A stretch of DNA of 64,000 nucleotides from Planctomycetota bacterium (GCA_027493625.1 JAOSKM010000003.1:599028-663027); one strand, 5' to 3'; positions 18,813 to 28,722 are shown, counted from the stretch's first letter. Numbers and translations are program-made. The notes: a model not told the origin generated them from the letters alone.

Positions 18813-20777
18813 GTGAACACAGATAAACACGGGCGTGTGGTTCCGTGTCCTTCCGTGTCCCTTGGTGGCTCACTTTCAATGAAGCTGATCGTCGAAATCT
18901 CGCAGGGCCTGGGCAACTGCGTGCAGGGCACGCCGCTGCTGCACGCGCTGTGGCTGATGGGTCACGAGGTTGACCTCTACATCAACAGCCCGATCGCCGA
19001 CAAGCTCAAGCCCCTGTGGGAGAAGTGGGAAATCCTCGGCCGTATCTTCACGCACCACGAGCAGCTCAACATCAAGGACTACGACTTCGGCGTCAGCGCC
19101 TACGGGCGCCGCCAGCTGGTGCGCATGCTCCCTCCCGGCCTGTGCCTGAAGGTCGAGAAGCGCCACGTGCAGCGCCAGAGTGAAACAGAAGCCAACGTCG
19201 AGCTCGCCCGCTGGCTCGGTTATTCCGGGCCCACGCCGCGCTCGCATGTGATCGGTCATGACCCGAACCTGGAACGCCCGCCCGAGCACCGCCACAAGCG
19301 CACCGCGCCGACCGGCGCCGTGGTGGTGCACGCCGGCTGCGACCCCAGCAATGCAGTGAAGCGCTGGCCCTTCTGGCCGGAGATCTGCCGGCGCATCGCG
19401 GACACCGGGCGCGACGTGATCATCGTCGGCACCCACGACGACCGCAGCGAAGAGAACTGGGAAGATGAGTTCGTCTCGCGCTTCCACATGGAACTGCCCG
19501 AGCTGGCGGCGCTGCTTGACGTGTCAAGCTTATACCTGGGCAATGACTCCGGCGTGGGGCACGTGGCGGCCGCCGTCGGCCTGCCGGGCCTGATGCTGTA
19601 CGGCCCCAGCAACCCGGTGAAGAACGCGCCGAACTCAAGCGTGATGCGCACGCTGGTCGCGCCCGGCGAGCAAGGCGAAGAGCGCGACGTGAAGGCCGCC
19701 CGCCCGGTGCCGATCGAGCGCCTGACCGTGGACCAGGTATGGAGCGAGGTCGAGAAGCTTCTCGCCAACCCGCAGCGCGAGCCGGAGCGCGAGCTGCCGC
19801 AGCGCGTGCAGGACTCGCCCGAGGCGCGCTGGGAGCACTACGTGCACATGACCCAGGCGCAGCCGGAGGTGCCCGGCGTTGAAGAACGGGGACAGTCCCC
19901 TGCGGGGACAGTCCCCAAGGTCAGTGTGGTGATCCCCAGCTACAACCGCGCGGACAACCTGGAGCGCGCCGTGAAATCGGCCTTGGCGCAGACCATGACC
20001 GATCTCGAGGTGCTGGTCGTGGACGACGGCAGCACGGACGACACGCCCACGCGCTTCGCCAGCCCGCCGGCGCGCGTGCGCTACATCCGCAAGCCCAACG
20101 GTGGCGCCAGCAGCGCCCGCAACGCCGGCTTGCGCCGCGCGCGCGGCGAATGGATCGCGCTGCTGGACTCCGACGACGAGTGGATGCCCGAAAAACTTGC
20201 CGTGCAGCTCGTGGCCATCGGCGAGCAGTACGTCGCGGCCGCCTCGCGCCACGTGCACGTCAACGCCGACGGCTCGCGCGAGACCAAGCCGGAAATCCTG
20301 CCCGGCCGTGACAACCACCTGTTCCGCGACCTGTACGAGAATCTGTCATTGAAGACCAGCAGCCTGCTGTTCAAACGCCACCTGCTGGAGAAAATGGGCC
20401 TGTTCAACGAGCGCTTTCCCATTTCAAACGACTGGGACTTTTTCCTGAGGCTGGCCCGCGCGGTCAGCAACTCCGGCATGCGCATGGTTGAGCAGGCCCT
20501 GCTGACCGTGCACCGCAGCCCGGACAGCATCAGCAAGGTCGGGCGCGAACGCGCGCTGGAAGAGGCCTACAGCCGCATCTGCATGGTGAACGCCCTGCTG
20601 CACAACCACGACGAGCAGGCCATCCGCATGCACGTCAACCGTGCCGCCCGCAAGCACCTGGAGCTCTCGCGCGCCTACCGCAAGGCCGGCGACAAACACC
20701 AGGCCAAGCACCACGCGAAAGAAGCCATCCGCGCCGGCCTGATGTTGAAGGGCATCTGGCGCTGGCTGCAGGCGTGA
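18813..20777 (+). CDS. bifunctional glycosyltransferase: GT9 (heptosyltransferase-like) N-domain fused to a GT2 C-domain
   Basis: GT9-like ...VVHAGCDPSNAVKRWP..LYLGNDSGVGHVAA; GT2 VSVVIPSYNRADNLERAV..VVDDGSTDDT..DSDDEW; alternative start MKLIVE at 18879. Confidence 0.7.
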   Translation: MNTDKHGRVVPCPSVSLGGSLSMKLIVEISQGLGNCVQGTPLLHALWLMGHEVDLYINSPIADKLKPLWEKWEILGRIFTHHEQLNIKDYDFGVSAYGRRQLVRMLPPGLCLKVEKRHVQRQSETEANVELARWLGYSGPTPRSHVIGHDPNLERPPEHRHKRTAPTGAVVVHAGCDPSNAVKRWPFWPEICRRIADTGRDVIIVGTHDDRSEENWEDEFVSRFHMELPELAALLDVSSLYLGNDSGVGHVAAAVGLPGLMLYGPSNPVKNAPNSSVMRTLVAPGEQGEERDVKAARPVPIERLTVDQVWSEVEKLLANPQREPERELPQRVQDSPEARWEHYVHMTQAQPEVPGVEERGQSPAGTVPKVSVVIPSYNRADNLERAVKSALAQTMTDLEVLVVDDGSTDDTPTRFASPPARVRYIRKPNGGASSARNAGLRRARGEWIALLDSDDEWMPEKLAVQLVAIGEQYVAAASRHVHVNADGSRETKPEILPGRDNHLFRDLYENLSLKTSSLLFKRHLLEKMGLFNERFPISNDWDFFLRLARAVSNSGMRMVEQALLTVHRSPDSISKVGRERALEEAYSRICMVNALLHNHDEQAIRMHVNRAARKHLELSRAYRKAGDKHQAKHHAKEAIRAGLMLKGIWRWLQA

Positions 20778-20996
20778 CGGATCGCGGGCGCCCGCCCGCA
20801 AAAACCCGGGCTGCAAAGCCCCGGGGATCAGGCGCGGGTGGGTCGGATTTCCATCTCGATCATCAGAGGGAATGTTCTCCGCTTTGGTGTGAGCCTTTAC
20901 AGGTGGTTCCCGGTCATGCCCGATCCCCGGCCGTTGCCGGCCGGGCTTTGGCGCAGGGGGCTACACGCCTGCGTGGTTTGAACGTACATTCCCGGC

Positions 20997-21731
20997 GTGA
21001 CGACGAACCCGGAATCGGTTGCCGAAGCCTTCGCGGACGGGCCTCTCAAGGCCACGCACAAGGCCACGGTGCGCGACGGCAAAAAGCGCGAGAAGCGCCT
21101 GGACCGCCTGCGTCTGCAGGGCTTCTGGCCGGTGTACGCCGCCTTCATCGCGCTGGCGTTGCGCCCACCGCTGGCTGAGGAGCATGTCGCGCTGGTGGTC
21201 ATGCGCTTTGTCGGCCTGGGTTTCGCCCTGCTGGGCGTGGCCATGCGCATCTGGTCTATGGGCTACCTGCTGAAGAAGACCGAACTCGCCACCGCGGGCC
21301 CCTACGGGCGCACGCGCAACCCGCTGTACGTCGGCACCTGGCTGATCGGCTGCGGGCTGGCCCTGCTGGCGGCGTGGCCCTTTAACCTGATACTGCTCAC
21401 GATCTACAACGCGCTGTTTTTCGTGATCTATCGGCTGCAGATCGGCATCGAAGAGGAGATGCTGTCCAGCATCTACGGCGAGCCCTACCGGGTGTACTGC
21501 GCGAACGTGCCGCGCTTCTTCCCGCAGTTGAAGGCCTGGCGCGTGGGCGACGTCAGCCGATTCAGCCTCAAGCGCGCCTTCCAGAATCGCGCCTGGGAGC
21601 CGGTGCTGGGTCTGCTGTTGCTGCTGGCCCTTCAGGTTGCGGCCTGGGGCCTGGTATGGCCGGCGATCAAGGGCGCGGACTTAGGGCAGGCCTGGCGACA
21701 GTTCATCGCCGGCGGCTGGCTGGGCTTCTAG
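20997..21731 (+). CDS. ICMT/PEMT-like membrane methyltransferase family protein
   Basis: Multi-TM with RNPLYVG...EEEML..YGEPY motif region. Confidence 0.55.
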   Translation: MTTNPESVAEAFADGPLKATHKATVRDGKKREKRLDRLRLQGFWPVYAAFIALALRPPLAEEHVALVVMRFVGLGFALLGVAMRIWSMGYLLKKTELATAGPYGRTRNPLYVGTWLIGCGLALLAAWPFNLILLTIYNALFFVIYRLQIGIEEEMLSSIYGEPYRVYCANVPRFFPQLKAWRVGDVSRFSLKRAFQNRAWEPVLGLLLLLALQVAAWGLVWPAIKGADLGQAWRQFIAGGWLGF

Positions 21732-21880
21732 TCCGGTTCCTGCAGAAGCAGCCCCCGAACGAGCTTCAGCAGCCAAGTCCCGCTCACTCCTCCGAAAAAG
21801 GACTTCAAGGCAGACGTCGATCCGCATCTGTCATTTGCCTGCACCGGATTCGCCGGTTAGTGTGCTGTTGAAAAGGGGGC

Positions 21881-22819
21881 GTGATGACTATCGGTGAGAA
21901 CCTGACTGAATTTGCGGGCTTGCCCGTCGAGGACTTCCGGATGTCCGAGGGCATTTCCAGGCCGGAAAGCGTCTGCTACCGCGTCAGGCTGGACTGGGAC
22001 GAGCACGAGGCGGGCACAACCTTCATGGAGGTGCTCAATCGATTCCTTGACGACCCCAATCTGCCGCGTGTGAAGTCCTTCGTGATCGGCCTGTGGGCGC
22101 CGGAAATGGAGGGGGACGCGCTGCTGGTTGTCAGCAGCCTTGCGTCCGCGGCCGACAGATTGAGGAACCTGGAGGCCCTGTTCGTCGGCGACATCACCTT
22201 CGAAGAGCAGGAGATCTCGTGGATCCAGCAGACGGACATCACGCCGCTGTTTGATTCGCTGCCCAAGCTGAAGACGCTTCGCGTACGCGGCAGTGACGGC
22301 CTGCGCATGGCGTCAGTCCCGCACGCCAACCTGCGCGAGTTTGCCCTGGAGTCCGGCGGCCTGCCGTCACACGTGATCCAGGCCGTGCTCGGCTGCGACT
22401 TCCCGGCACTTGAGCATCTGGAGTTGTGGCTTGGAGACAGCGGCTACGGCTGGGATGGAACCGTCGAACTCCTCGATCCCCTGCTGCAGGGAAAGCTGTT
22501 CCCGAATCTCAAGTACCTGGGCCTGCGAAACTCAGAGATCTCCGACGAAATTGCCGAGGCCATCTCCACGGCGCCCATTCTCGAGAGACTGGAGGTGCTG
22601 GACCTCTCCATGGGAACCCTGGGCGACCGCGGCGCCGACGCGCTGCTGAAGGCCCCGGCGCTAGCTAAGCTCAAGAAGCTGGATGTTCACCACCACTACA
22701 TCTCTGACGACAGGGTCCGGCAGCTGGGCAACAGCGTCAAAGAACTCAATGCCGGTGACAAGCAGGAACCCGATGACTGGGGCGGCGAACAGCATCGCTA
22801 CGTCGCCGTCGCTGAATAG
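21881..22819 (+). CDS. STM4015-family-like protein (leucine-rich-repeat-like)
   Basis: Repeated L-rich units; family recalled, not searched. Confidence 0.5.
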   Translation: MMTIGENLTEFAGLPVEDFRMSEGISRPESVCYRVRLDWDEHEAGTTFMEVLNRFLDDPNLPRVKSFVIGLWAPEMEGDALLVVSSLASAADRLRNLEALFVGDITFEEQEISWIQQTDITPLFDSLPKLKTLRVRGSDGLRMASVPHANLREFALESGGLPSHVIQAVLGCDFPALEHLELWLGDSGYGWDGTVELLDPLLQGKLFPNLKYLGLRNSEISDEIAEAISTAPILERLEVLDLSMGTLGDRGADALLKAPALAKLKKLDVHHHYISDDRVRQLGNSVKELNAGDKQEPDDWGGEQHRYVAVAE

Positions 22820-22841
22820 CGCGGGCGGCAGGCGCTCATGG

Positions 22842-23912
22842 GTGGTTGTCGGCGATCCGGCCGATAACCGCGTGGCGCTTTTTCTGCAGGCGTGCCGCGA
22901 GGCAGATGCACGGGCAGAGGTACTCGACTATCGCGCCGTCCTCGACGACAGCGAGCTCCTCGACGCAATCCCGGACCACACGTTCGTGCGGCTGGAGTCT
23001 CCCGGACGTGCGCCGGATCTCTACCTGCGCCTCCTCGAGATAGGCGGCGGATGCCCGCCGGCGCGAATCCCGAAGGGTCTGATCCTGCAGCCCGACGCCT
23101 GGTTCAGGGGCTTTCATTCGATGCTGCGCGAGATCGGCGGGCGCCTGCAAGGCCGCGTGACCTGGACCGCCCACCCCGACGACATCGTCCACCTGTTCGA
23201 CAAGCCCCGGTGCCAGGCAACCCTGGCGGCGGCGGGCATCGCCGTCCCAAGACAGCTTGGCGCCATCCGCGCCTATGACGAGTTGCGGCGGCGGATGCGA
23301 ACCAATGAGGTCAGCCGCGTGTTCGTCAAGCTCCGCAGCGGCTCTGCGGCTTCCGGCGTCATCGCGTTGCGGACGGCGGGCGACCGCGTGCAGGCCGTCA
23401 CCACCGTGGAGCAGACCGAGTCAGGCCTGTTCAATTCGCGGCGCATCCGCGAGCTGTCCACCGAACGGGACGCGGCCGCCCTGGTGGATGCCCTTTGTGC
23501 TCACCAGGTGTTCGCCGAGGAATGGATCCCGAAGGCAGGGCTGCGCGGACGTACATTTGACATTCGCATCGTGACCGTAGCCGGCGACCCGCAGCACGCC
23601 GTGGTGCGGCTTTCAAAGCACACCATGACCAACCTGCACCTGCTCAACGACCGGGCAAGCGTGGACGAGCTGCGCGGGCGGATGACCGGCGAGGCCTGGG
23701 ATTCCCTGCTGGACTCGTGCCGGCGCGTGGCGCGCCTGTTTCCGCGTACGCTTCAACTGGGACTTGATGTCGCGGTGCTGCCGGGCATGCGTTCCCACCG
23801 GGTGCTCGAAGTCAACGCGTTCGGCGACCTGCTCAAGGGCGTGACCCACGGCGGCCGCAACACCTATGACGCGCAGCTGGCTGCGGTACAGGAGGGCTGG
23901 CGCGGTGAGTGA
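22842..23912 (+). CDS. STM4014-family-like protein (ATP-grasp-like)
   Basis: Start inferred at the in-frame GTG after the upstream stop; family recalled from memory. Confidence 0.45.
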   Translation: MVVGDPADNRVALFLQACREADARAEVLDYRAVLDDSELLDAIPDHTFVRLESPGRAPDLYLRLLEIGGGCPPARIPKGLILQPDAWFRGFHSMLREIGGRLQGRVTWTAHPDDIVHLFDKPRCQATLAAAGIAVPRQLGAIRAYDELRRRMRTNEVSRVFVKLRSGSAASGVIALRTAGDRVQAVTTVEQTESGLFNSRRIRELSTERDAAALVDALCAHQVFAEEWIPKAGLRGRTFDIRIVTVAGDPQHAVVRLSKHTMTNLHLLNDRASVDELRGRMTGEAWDSLLDSCRRVARLFPRTLQLGLDVAVLPGMRSHRVLEVNAFGDLLKGVTHGGRNTYDAQLAAVQEGWRGE

Positions 23913-24513
23913 TTTCGAACTGCTGGTGTTCGACCTCGACGGAACGCTGATCGACCGCGACGGCGCGCTGCTTTCCGCGTGCGAAAAACTCCTCGGTCCG
24001 CGTCCGGCGGAGGCGCAGGGCGAACTCGCTTCGCTGGTGGCAGCTTCCGGCAGTATCCGACGCCTCGCGGCACGGTTCCGATTGCCGGCCGATCAACTGC
24101 GCAAGGCCATGCTGGAGGAGCTTCGCCCGCGGGCGGAAGTTCGGCAGCTGCTGGTGCGGCTGCGAAAGGATCACGGCCTCGTGTTGTACACCAACGGGTC
24201 CGCAGCGGTGCAGCATGCAAAGATTCGCGCGGCCGGCCTGGATGGCTGTTTCGACCGTTACCTGGTGTCAGGCGAGGTCGGACTGCGCAAACCGGACACC
24301 GCGTTCCTGAAGCTCGCCCTCGGCGGAACGCCGGCTGCAGACGCGCTGGTGGTCGGCGACGACCCGCGGCTGGACATCGCGCCGGCCGTCAGTCTGGGCG
24401 CTGCGACCTGCCTGGTGGGAAGCGCGGCGAAGCACGAGGCCGCGCAATCCCGATTTCACGTGGACGATGTGCTGGAGCTCACGGAGGTGTTGGCATGTCC
24501 AGCTTCGACATGA
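23905..24513 (+). CDS. HAD-superfamily hydrolase
   Basis: LLVFDLDGTLID motif I; GTGAGTGA start/stop overlap with the upstream gene. Confidence 0.7.
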   Translation: MSDFELLVFDLDGTLIDRDGALLSACEKLLGPRPAEAQGELASLVAASGSIRRLAARFRLPADQLRKAMLEELRPRAEVRQLLVRLRKDHGLVLYTNGSAAVQHAKIRAAGLDGCFDRYLVSGEVGLRKPDTAFLKLALGGTPAADALVVGDDPRLDIAPAVSLGAATCLVGSAAKHEAAQSRFHVDDVLELTEVLACPAST

Positions 24514-25292
24514 ACGCCATCGTGGGCACGCACGACATTCTGTGGATCACGCTCGATACGCTGCGCTTTGACGTTGCCCGAAAAGCGCTTGCCGAAGGGC
24601 GCACTCCCAACCTGGCCGCGCTGGTTCGTGACGGCTGGGAGCGCCGCCACACACCCGGGAACTTCACGCTTGCCTCGCACGCCGCCTTCTTTGCCGGTTT
24701 TCTTCCGACGCCGGCCACGCCCGGGCCGCACCCGCGGCTGTTCGCGGCCGCGTTCGAGGGCAGCGAAACCACCAGCCCGCACACCTGGGTGTATGAAGCG
24801 GCGGACGTCCCCGGCGGGCTTGCCCGCGCGGGTTACCACACGGTATGCATCGGCGGCGTCGGCTTCTTCAACAAGCGCACCCCTCTCGGCTGCGTGCTGC
24901 CGGGTCTGTTTCGCGAGAGCTTCTGGGAACCTTCTTTCGGGGTGACCGGCCGGGACTCCACCCGGAACCAGGTCGATTGCGCGCTGAACGTGATCCAGCG
25001 CGTGAGGCCATCTCTGCGACTGCTGCTGTTCCTGAACGTGTCCGCCCTGCACCAGCCGAACTGCATCTTCGTGGACGGCCAGACAACGGACAGCCCGCAC
25101 ACGATGGAGGCCGCGCTGTGCTATGTTGATTCACAACTGCAGCCGCTGGTCCGCGCGATGAAGGCACGCGCGCCTCTGTTTTTCATGATCATGTCCGATC
25201 ACGGCACGGCCTACGGCGAGGACGGCTATCGCGGCCATCGTCTCGGCCACCCGGTCGTCTGGGAGGTACCCTATGCCCACGGTATCGCCTGA
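24496..25292 (+). CDS. STM4013/SEN3800-family-like hydrolase (alkaline phosphatase / sulfatase superfamily)
   Basis: Start MSSFDMNAIVGTHDILWITLDTLRFD with RBS ggagg; ...MSDHGTAYGEDGYRGH. Confidence 0.55.
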
Positions 25293-26634
25293 ACCGAAGC
25301 CGGCCATGAGAGCGGCCGCGGCAAGCATGCAGCAGTTGCTCGCCGGCACGTCGTACGTCAGCTACAGCTACGGCTATCCGCACAAGACGGCATACCGTGC
25401 GCTGAGTCCGCGCAGGCTGCAGGAAGTATGGAACGCCGAGCCGCGGGACGCATTGTTCCTGTACGTTCACATTCCCTTCTGCTCCGTGCGCTGCGGCTTC
25501 TGCAACCTGCTGGCCACAACCGGCGCCGAGGCAAGCCTCGTCCGGCGCTACATCGACACGCTTGAGCGCCAGGCCGTGGCCACCCGCGAGGCAGTCGGGC
25601 GCCGGACCTTCGTGCGGGCCGCCCTGGGCGGCGGCACACCCACCTTTCTGCAACCCGCAGAGCTGCGGCGCGTCCTGGATGTGATGCGCAACACCATGGG
25701 CGCGGACCTGGCCGCAATCCCGACGGGCGTAGAGGTTTCGCCCGAGACTACGGATGGGGAGCGCCTGGCCGTGCTGCAGGAGTTCGGCGTTGACCGCGTC
25801 AGCATCGGCGTGCAGTCATTTGACCAGCGCGAGGCCGGCGCGATGGGCCGCCCGCAGCGCGACGCCGACGTGCACCGGGCCCTGCGACTCATCCGCGACC
25901 ACCACTTCCCGACGTTGAACATCGACCTGATTTATGGCGGTGCCGACCAGACCACCGCCAGCTGGCTGGCCTCGATCCGCACCGCGATCGAGTACCGCCC
26001 TGAAGAACTCTACCTCTACCCCCTGTACGTGCGGCCGCTGACCGGTCTGGGCCGGCGCGGCCAGTCGTGGGATGAACAGAGGATCAGCCTCTACCGGGCG
26101 GGGCGCGACTTCCTGCTCGAGCAGGGCTATCAGCAGGTGTCCATGCGGATGTTCCGCGCGCCCCACGCGCCGACATGCACCGCGCCCGTCTACTGCTGCC
26201 AGCAGGACGGGATGGTGGGCCTGGGTGCGGGGGCGCGCTCGTATACACGCGAGCTGCACTACTCCACGCGTTATGCCGTCGGCAGAGCGGGCGTAAGCGC
26301 CGTGATTGAAGACTATGTCAGCCAGGATGCCGCGGCGCTGGCGACCGTCGACTACGGCTTTGAGATGGACGACGGTGAACGGCGGCGAAGGTTCGTGATC
26401 CAGAGCCTGCTGCAGGCCGAGGGCCTTTCGCGTACGGAGTACCGCGGCGCCTTCGGCTCGGACGCGCTCAATGAAATGCCGGCGCTGCAGGAGCTGCAGC
26501 AGCACGCGCTCGCGACCGTCACCCAGGACCGGGTCTGCCTTACGCCTGCGGGCCTTGAACGGTCAGATGCGATCGGTCCCTGGCTCTACTCGGCCCGCGT
26601 CGGCCGCCTGATGGAGGAGTTCGCGTGGACATAG
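25273..26634 (+). CDS. HemN-like radical SAM protein (STM4012-family-like)
   Basis: CSVRCGFCN (CxxxCxxC) and HemN-like downstream architecture. Confidence 0.7.
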   Translation: MPTVSPEPKPAMRAAAASMQQLLAGTSYVSYSYGYPHKTAYRALSPRRLQEVWNAEPRDALFLYVHIPFCSVRCGFCNLLATTGAEASLVRRYIDTLERQAVATREAVGRRTFVRAALGGGTPTFLQPAELRRVLDVMRNTMGADLAAIPTGVEVSPETTDGERLAVLQEFGVDRVSIGVQSFDQREAGAMGRPQRDADVHRALRLIRDHHFPTLNIDLIYGGADQTTASWLASIRTAIEYRPEELYLYPLYVRPLTGLGRRGQSWDEQRISLYRAGRDFLLEQGYQQVSMRMFRAPHAPTCTAPVYCCQQDGMVGLGAGARSYTRELHYSTRYAVGRAGVSAVIEDYVSQDAAALATVDYGFEMDDGERRRRFVIQSLLQAEGLSRTEYRGAFGSDALNEMPALQELQQHALATVTQDRVCLTPAGLERSDAIGPWLYSARVGRLMEEFAWT

Positions 26635-27734
26635 GCTTCGACCTGGCGATCCTGTACCGCGGCTCCCTCGAGAGCTGCAACTACGATTGCTGGTACTGCC
26701 CGTTTGCCAAGGCGCAGGACTCGGCGGATTCGCTGGCGGCGGATGCCGCTGGGTTGCAGCGCTTCGTCGACTGGGTCGCAGCCAACCCCACGCGTCGACT
26801 CGGCATTCTGTTCACCCCGTGGGGTGAGGCGCTGGTGCGCGAGTACTACCGCGAAGCGCTGGTTGAGTTGAGCCACCTCCCGCACGTGACGCGCGTGGTG
26901 GCGCAGACCAATCTGTCATATCCGCTCGATTGGCTTGAAAGCGCCGATCGCCGTAGCGCGGCGCTCTGGTGCAGCTATCACCCGAGCCAGACTTCACGCG
27001 AGCGATTCCTGAGCCAGACCGCACGCCTGCGCGAACTCGGCATTCGGCACACCGTGGGAATGGTCGGCCTGAAAGAGGACCTGCCTGAAATCGAGTCGAT
27101 GAGGGCCGCACTGCCGGAACAGACGACGCTTTGGATCAACGCCTACAAGCGTGAAGCGAACTACTACACGGCCGACCAGGTCGCCCGCCTGGGCGCCATT
27201 GACCGGTTCTTCCCGTTGAACAACACGTATCATCCCAGCCGCGGAAAGGCATGCGAAGCGGGCGCGCGCACAATCACGGTCGACGAAAGCGGCGAAGTTC
27301 ACCGATGCCACTTCGTCAACCAGCGCCTGGGCAATCTGTACACCGACGACCTGGCAGCCATGTTGAAGCCCCCCGCGCCCCCGAATAAAAACCCCCCCTC
27401 CCCCAACCGAACCCCCCCGGGGGGGGGGAGGGCACGCCCCCGCCCCGCACGGGGGGCACCGACCCCGGCAAAAGAACCGGAGCCCCGAACCACGCTCGGG
27501 TTATGCCGCGCCGGCCGGGATGAGATTCCGAAGTCTCGCGCGAAGCCTGTCCGGGTAGCGCAACGCGCACTCCCACACCACTGCAACGCGCCACGCTCCT
27601 GGACGCTCTGGAACGGACCGGGCAGGAGTGGCCAGAGACGACGTTTTCCGCCATCTTGCGTATTGTCCGCTGTGAAAGAGCCTGCCCCGGGGCGGCATCC
27701 AACCCACTGCCGGGCCGCCTCGCATCAGCAGTAA
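26625..27734 (+). CDS. radical SAM protein (STM4011-family-like); 3' end beyond ~27360 corrupted by a low-complexity tract
   Basis: CNYDCWYCPF (CxxxCxxC) near the N-terminus; after ...NLYTDDLAAML the frame reads through poly-C/poly-G (PPAPPNKNPPSPNRTPPGGG...). Confidence 0.65.
   Translation: MDIGFDLAILYRGSLESCNYDCWYCPFAKAQDSADSLAADAAGLQRFVDWVAANPTRRLGILFTPWGEALVREYYREALVELSHLPHVTRVVAQTNLSYPLDWLESADRRSAALWCSYHPSQTSRERFLSQTARLRELGIRHTVGMVGLKEDLPEIESMRAALPEQTTLWINAYKREANYYTADQVARLGAIDRFFPLNNTYHPSRGKACEAGARTITVDESGEVHRCHFVNQRLGNLYTDDLAAMLKPPAPPNKNPPSPNRTPPGGGRARPRPARGAPTPAKEPEPRTTLGLCRAGRDEIPKSRAKPVRVAQRALPHHCNAPRSWTLWNGPGRSGQRRRFPPSCVLSAVKEPAPGRHPTHCRAASHQQ
27361..27480. other. C/G homopolymer-rich low-complexity tract (probable assembly artefact or chimeric junction)
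   Basis: cccccgcgcccccgaataaaaaccccccctcccccaaccgaacccccccgggggggggg... Confidence 0.6.
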
Positions 27735-27747
27735 GTCTGCGTTCAAG

Positions 27748-27785
27748 GCTGGAGCCACCTGTCGGATTTGAACCGACGACCTGCC
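27748..27785 (-). repeat. partial 3'-half duplicate of tRNA-Thr(CGT), att-like
   Basis: 36-nt exact copy ggctggagccacctgtcggatttgaaccgacgacct about 165 bp downstream of the intact tRNA. Confidence 0.75.
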
Positions 27786-27951
27786 AGCAGCCCGGTGGGC
27801 TGTCGGCACAGCGAAGCAGCCGGCCGAAGCGCCCGCGTAAGCGAAGCGGCGCGGGCGCAGCCCGCAGGTCGGCGGCGGAAAAAAGAAGAGGCGTGCCGAC
27901 ACATTCGGCACGCCTCTAGCCTGGCCTGCCGGCCGAAGCCTTGGCGAAGGC

Positions 27952-28026
27952 TGGAGCCACCTGTCGGATTTGAACCGACGACCTACGCTTTACGAAAGCG
28001 TTGCTCTACCGCTGAGCTAAGGTGGC
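27952..28026 (-). tRNA. tRNA-Thr(CGT)
   Basis: GCCACCTTAGCTCAGCGGTAGAGCAACGCTTTCGTAAAGCGTAGGTCGTCGGTTCAAATCCGACAGGTGGCTCCA. Confidence 0.85.
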
Positions 28027-28140
28027 TGATTGTCGCGCCTTGGCCGCGCTTGCGCCGCCTGAGGCGTGGGCATGGTCCAATCCACTCCCCCGCCCGTCAA
28101 TGGGGGCAGCCGCACTCCGCTGATTGAACTCGCTGCTGTT

Positions 28141-28722
28141 TCAGCGGGCCGGGGTTTTCAGGCAGTGCTGGGCGATCTCTATAAAATGCTCCAGCGTGGG
28201 CGTTGTGCGGCCGGGGGTTTTGGCGCGGTCGTCCCAGCGCCTTACTGCTATCGCCTGCTGCGCCCAGGGGTTGGCTTCGAACTCCTGCAGCTCCGCCTTG
28301 CCCATGGGGCCGCCCTGCAGTTGCAGCACGTGCACGGACGCGGCCGTGAGCTGGTTTTCGTAGCCGGGCTCGGTGGCGGCCAGATAGCGCTTGGCGGCGA
28401 CGTGCCAGCGGATGGGCTGGGTCACTTCTTCGGGGAATGCGCGCGCCAGCCACTTCTCGGCCACCAGCTCGTGGCCGTCGTCCTGGTTCCAGAAACCCAC
28501 GTAGTTGACGTCCTCCAGCGGCAGGTTGTGGACCATGTGGCCGATGTCGTGCAGCAGCGCCGCGGTGATCATGGCCTCGGGGGCGCGGGCCTTTTCGGCC
28601 TCGCGCGCGGTCTGCAGCGCGTGCTCGAGCTGCGTGACGACTTCGCCGAGGTAGGGTATGTGCCGGTACTTGAAGAAGACCTGCTCGATTTCGGTAAGGA
28701 TCTGCATGGCCGCACCGGCCAC
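28141..28722 (-). CDS. HD-domain phosphohydrolase
   Basis: LLHDIGH motif; ~190 aa. Confidence 0.65.
   Translation of the reverse strand: MAGAAMQILTEIEQVFFKYRHIPYLGEVVTQLEHALQTAREAEKARAPEAMITAALLHDIGHMVHNLPLEDVNYVGFWNQDDGHELVAEKWLARAFPEEVTQPIRWHVAAKRYLAATEPGYENQLTAASVHVLQLQGGPMGKAELQEFEANPWAQQAIAVRRWDDRAKTPGRTTPTLEHFIEIAQHCLKTPAR

Noticed and set aside
16575-18826. ORFs 16575..17306, 16912..17304, 16991..17386, 18245..18625, 18347..18826 and 18538..18879
   Set aside because: They lie entirely within the ~260-bp repeat units and their translations simply repeat (…AKHREERQLHAHAEAPRRQELQCFSWRLG…). They are repeat artefacts, not genes.
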